Positions 27,920-37,409 of a DNA stretch of 57,289 bases are shown in pieces (positions within the stretch are counted from its first letter, which is position 1; each line of letters opens with the position of its first letter). The stretch comes from an uncultured delta proteobacterium (GTDB taxonomy: Bacteria; Desulfobacterota; Syntrophia; Syntrophales; UBA2185). The notes below the pieces were generated by a model that searched no databases, was not told the origin of the DNA, and was given only the letters and a program-made list of their open reading frames with translations. Made by a program: the position numbers and the translations under genes. Location: the NCBI GenBank assembly GCA_963729715.1, contig CAVSPA010000011.1:1-57289 (forward strand). The letters run 5' to 3'.

Positions 27920-28497
27920 TTTTCCGCCTCCTTAAGTTCGTCTCTATATTTTCCATGTAAACGTCTGTGACTTGCCGCTATTGCCTTTAAAATGCCGCCA
28001 TATGGGCGCAATTCATCCGATCGCACATTGAGAAAACCATCTGGGCATCTTGAACAAGAAAACGAACGGCTATGGGCAGTCATTTTTCTGGTGTCGTACT
28101 TTATATGTTTTTGGAAGTCAAGGAAAAAACGCCATCCGTAAATGTCACTGAAATGCAATACGCCAATATCATTTGATTTTCGGTTATGAACATAGTTGAC
28201 AACGAATTAAGTCTCTTTATTTTTGATTCCTGCACGATTCTTTCCAAGGCTCCACTTTTCCAACGGGAAATTGCCTCTTATGACAAGACATTTTTTGCGT
28301 TCGGAAAAAAATGACGCTTCTGCGCAAGAAATATTGGGCGACCGTAGATTGGGCCTATTGTAAGCATTCACGTATTGTTTTCCGCTTCATGCTACGCCTT
28401 GCGCCGTCATCTATTGCAGTCTTGCGTATTTCTGACCCACTTTCGGCTTGACTTCACTAGCGAATTCGTATACGGAGTTTCTCGTTTTGAGTGACAG

Positions 28498-28971
28498 ATG
28501 AAGGAGGCCTATTCTAATCAAATGACAAGAGAACTACAGGATGTACTTGGGAGCTTTGCCAAGAGCCGCGACAACCTCATCCCTATTCTTCAGGCGGTGC
28601 AGGGCGAGTACGGGTATCTCACCCCGGAATCCATGGAAGGCATTGCAGACTACCTCTGCATTTCTGAAAGTAGCCTTTACGGAGTGGCTACTTTCTACAC
28701 CCAGTTCAAGTTCTCCAGACCGGGTGATCACAACGTGAGAGTATGCCTTGGCACAGCCTGCCATGTGAGAGGCGGATCGCGCATAATGGACGAGGTAAGC
28801 CGCCACCTGCATATACGGGCAGGTGAGACTACGGAGAATTATAAGTTCAGCCTGGAGCGTGTTGCCTGCTTCGGATCCTGCGCGCTCTCGCCGGTGGTGG
28901 TTGTGGATAAGAAGGTATATGGCAGAATGAACCCCAAAAAGATAAAGAATATATTAAAGGAATACGAATGA
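28498..28971 (+). CDS. NuoE/HydC-like [2Fe-2S] subunit
   Basis: LIPILQAVQ, GVATFYTQF, VCLGTACHVRG, VACFGSCALSP. Confidence 0.92.
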   Translation: MKEAYSNQMTRELQDVLGSFAKSRDNLIPILQAVQGEYGYLTPESMEGIADYLCISESSLYGVATFYTQFKFSRPGDHNVRVCLGTACHVRGGSRIMDEVSRHLHIRAGETTENYKFSLERVACFGSCALSPVVVVDKKVYGRMNPKKIKNILKEYE

Positions 28972-31900
28972 ATTTCGAAGCCATCAAGAAAAAAGCCCAG
29001 CAGGAATGGGAAGCTTTCAACACGTTTGATAAACCGCGAATCCTCGTGGGAGCCGCAACATGCGGCCGCGCGGCCGGAGCTCTGGAAGTCTGGGAAAAAT
29101 TCAAAAAGGAACTGGCCAGCCGGTCTCTTGAGGCAAACATCGTGCAAGTCGGAGACCTCGGCCTCTGTTATGCTGAGCCGTGCATCGAGATCGCCGTTCC
29201 GGACGGACGCCGCGTTCTTTACGGATCGGTGACTGAAGAGACGGTTCCGAAACTCATCGAGGACTTCATCCTGAAAGGAAATCCCAGGCCGGATCTCGCG
29301 CTTTGCACCTTCGGTCAGAAAAGAATCGAAGGCGTCCCCACCTTTGAAGAGCTGCCCATGGCGAGTAAACAGGTCCGCGTAGTCCTCAGGAACAGCGGCA
29401 TCATCGACCCCTCCAATATCTATCACTACATCGCAAGAGGCGGCTACTCCGGCCTCAATAAGGCCCTACAAATAGGGCCCGAAAAGGTCATCGAGGAGAT
29501 CAGGAACTCCGGCCTCCGCGGTAGGGGAGGAGCCGGATTCCCGACAGGGGTGAAGTGGGAACTGGCAAGAGGGAACAAAAGCGACGTCAAGTACATGATC
29601 TGCAACGCAGACGAGGGAGACCCCGGCGCATTCATGGATCGGGCCGCCCTCGAGAGCGACCCCCATGCGGTTCTCGAGGGCCTCGCCATCGGCGCGTATG
29701 CGATCGGCGCAAGCTACGCTATTGTATATGCCCGGGCCGAGTATCCTCTGGCGATAGAGCGTATCGAAGGGGCGATCCGACAGATGGAAGAGTACGGCTT
29801 CCTTGGGAAGAATATCCTCGGGTCCGGTTTTGACCTGACCGTCAAGATCAAGGAAGGCGCGGGCGCTTTTGTATGCGGTGAAGAGACGGCGCTCATGGCG
29901 TCCATTGAGGGACAGCGAGGGATGCCCAAACCCAGGCCCCCGTTCCCCGCTCAGGCCGGTCTGCATGGCCAGCCGACCAACATCAACAACGTGGAGACCC
30001 TGGCGAATGTGTCGGAGATCATGAACAGGGGCGCAGCCTGGTTCTCCTCCTACGGCACGGAAAAGAGCAAGGGGACGAAGACATTTGCCCTCGCCGGAAA
30101 GATCAATCGCACCGGCCTCATAGAAGTTCCCATGGGCATCAAACTCGGGGACATTATCTTCGATATCGGCGGCGGCATCCTGGAAGACAAACAGTTCAAG
30201 GCCGTTCAGACCGGTGGACCTTCCGGCGGCTGCATCCCTGTGAAGTACCTCGACATGCCTGTGGACTATGAAGAGCTGGCAAAGGTGGGCTCCATCATGG
30301 GTTCCGGCGGAATGATCGTCATGGATGAAGACTCCTGCATGGTGGACATCACGCGGTACTTCCTCAGTTTCACGGAGAAAGAATCATGCGGCAAGTGCAC
30401 CCCCTGCAGGATGGGGACGCAGCACCTGCTCCATATCTTGACGGAGATCACGCAGGGAAGAGGCAAGCTTGAGTATCTGACCCTTCTTGAAAAAATAGGC
30501 ATGACGTTGAAGAACACGTCCCTGTGCGCTCTGGGACAGACGGTTCCGAATCCGATCCTCAGCACTCTCCGCTATTTCAGGGAAGAATATGTGGAACATA
30601 TTGTCGACAAGAAATGCAGAGCCGTCGTATGTGCGGCGCTCTTCAAGTCGCCGTGCCAGCACACGTGTCCCGCCGGAATGGACGTGCCCAAGTATATTGC
30701 CCTCATCCGGGCGGAACGCTTCGGTGACGCGTATAAGATCATGTTGAAAACAAACCCCTTCCCTTCCGTTTGCGGAAGGGTGTGCGACCATAAATGCCAG
30801 GCAAAATGCCGCAGGGGCAATCTCGACGAACCGCTCGCCATCAAATTCCTAAAGAGGTTCATCACCGACAATGCACCCAGGCCACAGACGGCCCTGGTGC
30901 CAGTCACCAGAAAGGAAAAGATTGCCGTGATCGGCGCGGGTCCCGCGGGGCTGACGGCGGCGCGCGACCTAGCCATCAGAGGATATAAAGTGACTGTGTT
31001 TGAAGAACTCTCCGAACCCGGCGGAATGCTCCGCTGGGCTATCCCCGCTTACAGACTCCCGAGGAAGATCCTGGCCGATGAGATCAACGACAACATAAAA
31101 TCCCTCGGCGTGGAAATTAAATGCAATACGCGCGTAGGCAAAGACATCTCCCTTGAGCAAGTAAGCAAGAATTTCGATTATATCTTCATGGCTCCTGGAG
31201 CTCATAAGAGCCAGCCGATGGGCGTCGAGGGAGAAAATCTTAAAAGTGTCTACGGCGGCGTCGAATTTCTAAGAGACTTCCATACCGATGAAAAGGCTTG
31301 GTTAAGCGGCAAAAAGACACTCGGCTCAAAAGTAGCCGTTATCGGTGGCGGCAATTCCGCCATTGATGCCGCCCGCGTGGCTCAGCGGCTCGGCGCTGAT
31401 GTGACCATTCTATACAGACGTGAGAAGAAGGATATGCCCGCGGCGGAAGAAGAACTTCTTGCTGCTGAAGACGAAGGGATCAAGATTAAATTTCTTGTTA
31501 TCCCTCTGAATATCTCCGGAAAAGACGGCAAGGTAAGCGCCATTACCTGTCAGCGAACGAGACTGACTGAATTTGACAGGAGCGGACGTAGGAGGCCGGT
31601 AGCAATCGAGAAATCTGAATTCACTCTGAATATAGACACCGTTATTGCGGCCATCGGGCAAGTGTCTGATATGACCTTCGTGCCTGCGGAAAGCGGCGTG
31701 AGCGTCAACAAGTGGTCGACCTTCGACCTCGCAGACGGAAGTAAGTCCCAGACGTCGAATCCGAAGTTTTTCACCGGCGGCGATGCCCTGACAGGACCGG
31801 ATACGGTGATCGGTGCTATCGCTCAAGGACACCAGGCGGCGCGGGACATGGACGCGTATATCAGGAAGATCAACAACGAACCGGCATACGTGGAACCTAG

Positions 31901-32087
31901 GGATGAATTTATCGACGTGCCGCTGGTCATCGATGAAGACTCCGAAGAGGAGCCGCAGGCGCGGATGCCTGAGCTGCACGTTGGCGACAGGAAGAAGAAC
32001 TTCAAAGAAGTCGAACTTGGCTACGAGAAGAAGATCGCCGTCCTGGAGGCGTGCCGCTGCCTCAGGTGCGATGCGGAAATTGTTTAG
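28968..32087 (+). CDS. NuoF/HydB-like FMN-NADH subunit fused to a GltD-like FAD/NAD(P)H oxidoreductase
   Basis: GLRGRGGAGFPTG, CNADEGDPGA, FVCGEETAL, SCGKCTPCR. From about 30650: PCQHTCP, CGRVCDHKCQAKC, IGAGPAGL, GGGNSAID, EACRCLRC. Confidence 0.9.
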   Translation: MNFEAIKKKAQQEWEAFNTFDKPRILVGAATCGRAAGALEVWEKFKKELASRSLEANIVQVGDLGLCYAEPCIEIAVPDGRRVLYGSVTEETVPKLIEDFILKGNPRPDLALCTFGQKRIEGVPTFEELPMASKQVRVVLRNSGIIDPSNIYHYIARGGYSGLNKALQIGPEKVIEEIRNSGLRGRGGAGFPTGVKWELARGNKSDVKYMICNADEGDPGAFMDRAALESDPHAVLEGLAIGAYAIGASYAIVYARAEYPLAIERIEGAIRQMEEYGFLGKNILGSGFDLTVKIKEGAGAFVCGEETALMASIEGQRGMPKPRPPFPAQAGLHGQPTNINNVETLANVSEIMNRGAAWFSSYGTEKSKGTKTFALAGKINRTGLIEVPMGIKLGDIIFDIGGGILEDKQFKAVQTGGPSGGCIPVKYLDMPVDYEELAKVGSIMGSGGMIVMDEDSCMVDITRYFLSFTEKESCGKCTPCRMGTQHLLHILTEITQGRGKLEYLTLLEKIGMTLKNTSLCALGQTVPNPILSTLRYFREEYVEHIVDKKCRAVVCAALFKSPCQHTCPAGMDVPKYIALIRAERFGDAYKIMLKTNPFPSVCGRVCDHKCQAKCRRGNLDEPLAIKFLKRFITDNAPRPQTALVPVTRKEKIAVIGAGPAGLTAARDLAIRGYKVTVFEELSEPGGMLRWAIPAYRLPRKILADEINDNIKSLGVEIKCNTRVGKDISLEQVSKNFDYIFMAPGAHKSQPMGVEGENLKSVYGGVEFLRDFHTDEKAWLSGKKTLGSKVAVIGGGNSAIDAARVAQRLGADVTILYRREKKDMPAAEEELLAAEDEGIKIKFLVIPLNISGKDGKVSAITCQRTRLTEFDRSGRRRPVAIEKSEFTLNIDTVIAAIGQVSDMTFVPAESGVSVNKWSTFDLADGSKSQTSNPKFFTGGDALTGPDTVIGAIAQGHQAARDMDAYIRKINNEPAYVEPRDEFIDVPLVIDEDSEEEPQARMPELHVGDRKKNFKEVELGYEKKIAVLEACRCLRCDAEIV

Positions 32088-32200
32088 TGGGAGGGATCTC
32101 ATCTGACGGGAAGAATTCTCCCACACTTTGCTTACCACGCCCATGGTAACGGGAAAATAACGGGCGGCAGAACGCCTATAAAGCAGGAGAAAATTTGAGA

Positions 32201-34699
32201 ATGAGTGAAATAACCCTTACGATTAACGGGAATCTGGTTAAAGCGGAACAAGGAGACACGGTCCTTACGGCAGCGCGGAAGGCCGGGATCGAAGTCCCCA
32301 CTCTCTGCGACCACCCGGCGCTGGAGCCCTACGGCGCCTGCCGGCTCTGTATAGTCGAGATTGAAGGCATGAGGGGATACCCGCCATCCTGCACCACGCC
32401 TGCCGCTCAAGGCATGGTGGTCAAGACATCTTCCCCGGTCATCATCGATCTCCGCAAGGAAGTTATCAAGCTCTTGCTGAGCGGTCATACCAGCCCGTGC
32501 CTCGTCTGCCTCCATCGCGAGCCATGCGAAAAGTACCGGCCCCGCCCGTTCAAGAGCGGCAGAGCGACGCGATGCGCTTTCTGCAGCAACCGTGACCAGT
32601 GTGAACTTCGGAAACTTACCGAGGAATACAAGATTGACGATCTGGAAGTGCCCATCATCTACAAGCATCTGCCTGTCGAACACATGGACCCTTTCATGGA
32701 CAGGGATTATAACCTGTGTGTTCTTTGCGGACGATGCGCCCGGATATGCGAAAAGATCCATACCACCGGGACCATTGCTTTCGTGGAGCGCGGCAAAGAA
32801 GCCCGGATTTCAACGGCCTTTGACCAGCCGCATGCCAAGACCGACTGCCGTTTCTGCGGCGCGTGCGTAGACATCTGTCCTACGGGTGCGATGAGCGACC
32901 GGTATGCCAAGTGGTACGGCGCACCGGACAGTGTCGTGGATTCCACCTGCATACTCTGCCCTGTGGGCTGCTCGGTTCGCCTTAAGACCAAGGACGGAAA
33001 AGTGATCAGCTCCGGGATGACGGCCTTCACGCGGGACGCCCGCATCTGCGCCGTGGGCCGGTTTGTGTTACCCCAGCTTCTCGACAGCCGTTACAGACTC
33101 ACGTCACACCAGATACGTGTGGCCGATGGTCTTATCAAGACCGGCTATGAGGATGCCCTTGATCTCGCGGCAAGTAGTCTCAAGGCATATTCCGGCGGTC
33201 AGTTTGCCATGATCGCCCCCTCTTCGGCAACGCGTGAAGAACTCTACGTACTCCGGAAATTCACGAAAGATGTGATGAAATCGGATAATTTTATAGTGGA
33301 GCCGGCCTCTGTTCCGGATGCAGTAGCCAACGGAAGCGTCAAGGCGCTTTATGCTCTCGGTGATTACCTCCAAAGTACGAGACCCAAAGGACTCGACGTC
33401 CTGATCGTCTCCGACATGTTCCCGTCGAGGACAGAGAAATCCGCGGACGTCATTTTTGCTGTGGCCGGGCTTGTGGAAACCGACGGCACTTTCCTCAATG
33501 CTTCGGGTCAGATCAAGACTATGGCTGCTCAAGCCAAGGCGCCGACGGCCCTGCTGCCTGACTGGAAGGTCGTGTGCGATACAGCCAAGAAAATGGGCGC
33601 AAGTGGATTTGATTTTCAAGCATCCGAAGACATAGCCGAGGAAATGACGACCTCAAAGGGCAAGAAGATTCCACCCGTCGCTCCGGAGCCGTCCCCGCTC
33701 GACAAAGTGTCTGCTATCCCCCGGATGTACAGAGGCCATGCGATGAGCGACATAGTAACCGCCATGCGCATCTTCTTTACCGCTCAAGAAAAGGAAGAAA
33801 AGAAAGCTGCTCCCGTTCCCGTGGAAGAAGGAAAACGTTTCCGGATCTTGGAAAAAATCGAGATCGTACCGAACACGCACATGGTGACGGTTCATGCCCC
33901 GGTGATTGCAGAAAAGTGTCAGCCGGGTCAATTTGTGATCGCCATGGTGGAGGAGACCTCCGAGCGTATCCCCTACACAATATCAGACTTCGACCGTGAA
34001 AAAGGAACAATTACCATGGTGACCCTCGAAATGGGACGCTCAAGCCGGGAACTTGCGAACACTACTGCGGGCGAATATCTCGCCCATTTTGCAGGTCCCC
34101 TGGGGCGTCCGGTAGAAGTGAAAAAATTCGGGACGGTCCTCCTGGGCGGCGGCTGTTTTGGTGTGGGAGCCATTCTGCCTATCGCCAGGGTAATGAAAGA
34201 AGCCGGAAACAGGGTGATCTGTATTGAAGAGGCATCGAGCCACTACCTGCTCCACTGGCAGGATAGACTCTCTGCCGCCTGCGATGAACTGGTCGTCGTC
34301 ACCAAGGACGGCTCCGCAGGCATTAAGGGCGGCGTACAGGAAGCGATCTCCATGCTCGTGGATCGGGGAGAGAAGATTGACCAGGCATACATCGTAGGCT
34401 GTACCTTCATGATGATGCTTGTCTGTGACGTGACCAGGAAACTGGGCATACCGACCATGACAGCGATGAACCCTCTGATGGTGGATGGGACAGGCATGTG
34501 CGGCTGCTGCCGCGTGAGTGTGGGAGGGGTTACGAAGTTCTCTTGCGTAGACGGACCGTTCCTCGATGGGCTGCAAATCGACTGGATCGAGTTAATGCAG
34601 AGGCAGGCGGCCTTCAAGCTGGAAGAAGTGCAAGCGATACCGCAGGAACCGCGTCCTGTGCACGACCATGGAGGAGACCATGTGTGCATGCGTGCGTGA
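32201..34699 (+). CDS. NuoG/FdhA-like Fe-S subunit (truncated molybdopterin fold) fused to an NfnA-like FAD/[2Fe-2S] domain
   Basis: PTLC, GACRLC, CTTP, CVLCGRCARIC, CRFCGACVDICP, CILCPVGC...C. From about 33839: QPGQFVI, ERIPYTI, GPLGRP, MVDGTGMCGCCR, CVDGP. Confidence 0.88.
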   Translation: MSEITLTINGNLVKAEQGDTVLTAARKAGIEVPTLCDHPALEPYGACRLCIVEIEGMRGYPPSCTTPAAQGMVVKTSSPVIIDLRKEVIKLLLSGHTSPCLVCLHREPCEKYRPRPFKSGRATRCAFCSNRDQCELRKLTEEYKIDDLEVPIIYKHLPVEHMDPFMDRDYNLCVLCGRCARICEKIHTTGTIAFVERGKEARISTAFDQPHAKTDCRFCGACVDICPTGAMSDRYAKWYGAPDSVVDSTCILCPVGCSVRLKTKDGKVISSGMTAFTRDARICAVGRFVLPQLLDSRYRLTSHQIRVADGLIKTGYEDALDLAASSLKAYSGGQFAMIAPSSATREELYVLRKFTKDVMKSDNFIVEPASVPDAVANGSVKALYALGDYLQSTRPKGLDVLIVSDMFPSRTEKSADVIFAVAGLVETDGTFLNASGQIKTMAAQAKAPTALLPDWKVVCDTAKKMGASGFDFQASEDIAEEMTTSKGKKIPPVAPEPSPLDKVSAIPRMYRGHAMSDIVTAMRIFFTAQEKEEKKAAPVPVEEGKRFRILEKIEIVPNTHMVTVHAPVIAEKCQPGQFVIAMVEETSERIPYTISDFDREKGTITMVTLEMGRSSRELANTTAGEYLAHFAGPLGRPVEVKKFGTVLLGGGCFGVGAILPIARVMKEAGNRVICIEEASSHYLLHWQDRLSAACDELVVVTKDGSAGIKGGVQEAISMLVDRGEKIDQAYIVGCTFMMMLVCDVTRKLGIPTMTAMNPLMVDGTGMCGCCRVSVGGVTKFSCVDGPFLDGLQIDWIELMQRQAAFKLEEVQAIPQEPRPVHDHGGDHVCMRA

Positions 34700-34760
34700 T
34701 CCCGCCATTATTTGCTATTGAACTTGTTATTCTTGGATTAACCTGAGATTGGAAAAAAAT

Positions 34761-36224
34761 ATGGAACCAAAAGAGAAAGAAAAAAAGCCGAAGGTCCCCA
34801 GGCAGAAAATGCCGGAGCAGGACCCGAGACGACGAAGGAGCAACTTCGAAGAAGTGCCTTACGGTTACACAGAGGAGCTTGCGCTGGCAGAGGCCAGCCG
34901 TTGCCTCAAATGCAAGAAGCCTCTCTGTATTACAGGTTGTCCGGTAAATATCCGGATACCGGATTTCATCAAGCTTATCGAAGAAGGCAAATTCATCGAA
35001 GCGGCTTGGAAGCTAAAGGAGCAAAATACCCTGCCTGCCGTGACGGGCCGCGTCTGCCCACAGGAGACGCAATGCGAGATCCTATGCATCCTGGGAAAGA
35101 AAGGCGATCCCGTGGCAATCGGACGCCTGGAGCGATTTGCAGCAGACTATGAGAGAAAATTCGGAACAGCTCAACTGCCGGAGTTGCCTTCACCTACGGG
35201 AAAGAAGGTTGCCATCATCGGCGCCGGACCTGCAGGCCTCACCGTGGCGGGAGATCTCGTGATGCTCGGGCACAAGGTCACCATTTTTGAAGCTCTCCAG
35301 GTGACCGGAGGTGTACTTGTGTACGGCATCCCCGAATTCCGTCTTCCTAAAGCAATCGTGAAATACGAGGTTGATTACCTGAGAAGGCTCGGAGTCGAAA
35401 TCCTCACGGATTATGTTGTGGGCAAGGCCCGGACAGTGGAAGAGCTCTTCAAAGAAGGCTTTGATGCCATCTTCATCGGCACGGGTGCAGGACTTCCCAT
35501 GTTTATGGACATACCGGGTGAAAATTTTGTTGGCGTCTACTCTGCAAACGAGTATCTTACAAGATCCAATCTCATGAAATCTTTCCGATTTCCTGAGTAC
35601 GGGACAGCACCCATCCGGAGCAAAAAGGTCATTACCGTAGGAGGTGGAAACGTCGCCATGGATTCGGCGCGGACTGCCTTGAGGCTCGGAGCGGAGTCCA
35701 TTATTGTGTATAGGCGCAGCCGTGATGAAATGCCCGCTCGTGCAGAAGAGATCCACCATGCCGAGGAAGAAGGCGTCCAGCTTATGATTCTGACAAACCC
35801 TGTGCGTGTAATCGGCGACGAACAAGGGAGGGTGAAAGCCGTTGAGTGTATCAAAATGGAGCTTGGCGAACCGGATGCGTCGGGAAGAAAAAGACCGATC
35901 CCCGTCAAGGGAAGCGAATTCATCATCGAATGCGATACGGTAATTCCAGCGCTCGGCAACAAGCCCAATCCGCTCATTGCCATGACGACACCCGGGCTTA
36001 AGACGACCCGCTGGGGCACGTTGGAAGCGGATCCCGACACTATGGAAACGTCCATGAAGGGCGTATTTGCCGGAGGCGACATCGTCACCGGTGCAGCGAC
36101 CGTCATTTCGGCCATGGGCGCCGGGAAAAAAGCCGCTGCCAGCATGCATGAATACCTGATGACAGGAAAAGTGACAAAGCCTGTGAAGGAAGAAAAAGAG
36201 GGAGCGAAAGAAAAGAAGGAATAA
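34761..36224 (+). CDS. nfnB: NfnB/SudA-like (GltD-family) NADPH-binding large subunit
   Basis: EASRCLKCKKPLCITGCPV, GRVCPQETQCE, YGIPEFRLPK, SANEYLTR, GGGNVAMD, GGDIVTGAATVI; directly follows the NfnA domain. Confidence 0.85.
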   Translation: MEPKEKEKKPKVPRQKMPEQDPRRRRSNFEEVPYGYTEELALAEASRCLKCKKPLCITGCPVNIRIPDFIKLIEEGKFIEAAWKLKEQNTLPAVTGRVCPQETQCEILCILGKKGDPVAIGRLERFAADYERKFGTAQLPELPSPTGKKVAIIGAGPAGLTVAGDLVMLGHKVTIFEALQVTGGVLVYGIPEFRLPKAIVKYEVDYLRRLGVEILTDYVVGKARTVEELFKEGFDAIFIGTGAGLPMFMDIPGENFVGVYSANEYLTRSNLMKSFRFPEYGTAPIRSKKVITVGGGNVAMDSARTALRLGAESIIVYRRSRDEMPARAEEIHHAEEEGVQLMILTNPVRVIGDEQGRVKAVECIKMELGEPDASGRKRPIPVKGSEFIIECDTVIPALGNKPNPLIAMTTPGLKTTRWGTLEADPDTMETSMKGVFAGGDIVTGAATVISAMGAGKKAAASMHEYLMTGKVTKPVKEEKEGAKEKKE

Positions 36225-36242
36225 AGCATCTCTTAGAATCAG

Positions 36243-36279
36243 AAAGCCCGCCGCAGAATTCACATTCCGGCGGGTTTTT
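36243..36279 (+). terminator. Intrinsic terminator
   Basis: GCCCGCCG...CGGCGGGT followed by TTTT. Confidence 0.7.
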
Positions 36280-36462
36280 CATTTAAGCCCGCCAAGTGCA
36301 ATCTCCTCCAGTAACAAAGCCGTCTTCCCGGCCTTTTCCTTGACATAACAGCCACGTTCTCCTATAGTTTTTTTCATTCAGGCATTGTTCTTTCAGACTC
36401 GCGGCTCCATGACAATTGCACTTAGTAAGATTTATAGATTCTGATGCGAAGAGACTGCAGAG

Positions 36463-37401
36463 ATGACCAAACCAAAAATAGCTTTCATGGGAACACCGGA
36501 ATTCGCCGTTCCCTCCCTTGATATCTTAATAAGTAATGATTACCCGATCGTCACTGTCGTGACCCAGCCGGATAGACCGAAGGGCAGAGGCAGGATCCCC
36601 GCTCCGCCGCCGATAAAGGTCATCGCCGGAAAATACGGCCTGCCTGTCGTCCAACCCGAACATTTGAAAAACAAGGAATTTGTGGATTACTTAAACGGCA
36701 TCCATCCGGATCTGACTGTTGTCGCGGCCTTCGGCCAAATACTGCCCCATGCGATTCTTGAAATCCCGAAGATGGGCTGCATAAATGTGCATCCATCCCT
36801 ACTTCCGAGATATAGAGGCGCAGCTCCGATCAACTGGGCTATCATCAAAGGTGAAGTGAAGACCGGTGTAACCATCATGCAGATGGATGAAGGGATGGAT
36901 ACGGGCGATATTCTCACACAGGAAGAGACCATGATCGAACCTATGGAAACGTTCGGGAAGCTCCATGACAGGCTGGCAGTTATGGGAGCGAGACTCCTCG
37001 TGGCGACAATTGATATGGTAATGAGCGGTCGCTCCACGCACAGGCCCCAGGATGCATCGCTCGCCACATATGCCCCGCGGCTCGCGAAGGAAGATGGCCT
37101 GATACGGTGGGACGCCGATGTCCGCCAAACGATAAACCTCATCAGAGGCCTCTCGCCGGCACCCTGTGCTTATACCTTCTGCAAAGGAAAGATGCTGAAG
37201 ATATTTTCCGCTGTGGGAGAAGAAATTCCCTCTCCGGAATCGCCGGGTAGAATCGGCCCGGTGACGGAAAAAGGTCTTCCCGTTGTGGCAGGAAACGGAT
37301 ATGTGTATTTGCAGGAGGTTCAACTCGAAAATAAAAAGCGAATGTCCATCCTGGATTTTCTGAGAGGCTTTCGCATGGCGCCAGGGGATAATCTGGGTTG
37401 A
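36463..37401 (+). CDS. fmt: Methionyl-tRNA formyltransferase
   Basis: FMGTPEFA, VTQPDRPKGRG, INVHPSLLPRYRGAAPI, MDTGDI. Confidence 0.97.
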   Translation: MTKPKIAFMGTPEFAVPSLDILISNDYPIVTVVTQPDRPKGRGRIPAPPPIKVIAGKYGLPVVQPEHLKNKEFVDYLNGIHPDLTVVAAFGQILPHAILEIPKMGCINVHPSLLPRYRGAAPINWAIIKGEVKTGVTIMQMDEGMDTGDILTQEETMIEPMETFGKLHDRLAVMGARLLVATIDMVMSGRSTHRPQDASLATYAPRLAKEDGLIRWDADVRQTINLIRGLSPAPCAYTFCKGKMLKIFSAVGEEIPSPESPGRIGPVTEKGLPVVAGNGYVYLQEVQLENKKRMSILDFLRGFRMAPGDNLG

Positions 37402-37409
37402 GACCTATC

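Noticed and set aside
27920..28497. Rex operator or small ORF in the ech / nuoE-like intergenic region
   Set aside because: No convincing TTGTGAA-N4-TTCACAA-type palindrome; the 84-aa ORF has no motif support.
32201..33838. Formate dehydrogenase alpha subunit or [FeFe]-hydrogenase HydA
   Set aside because: The molybdopterin fold is strongly shortened with no recognisable Cys/Sec-His ligand motif, and there are no H-cluster motifs.
22777..34699. Respiratory complex I (nuo) operon
   Set aside because: The large subunit has NiFe-binding motifs, nuoA/J/K/M/N are absent, and the EFG-like genes are divergent and fused to other domains.
34761..36224. Glutamate synthase small subunit (gltD/gltA)
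   Set aside because: No gltB is present and the gene directly follows an NfnA domain, so NfnB-like is the better call.
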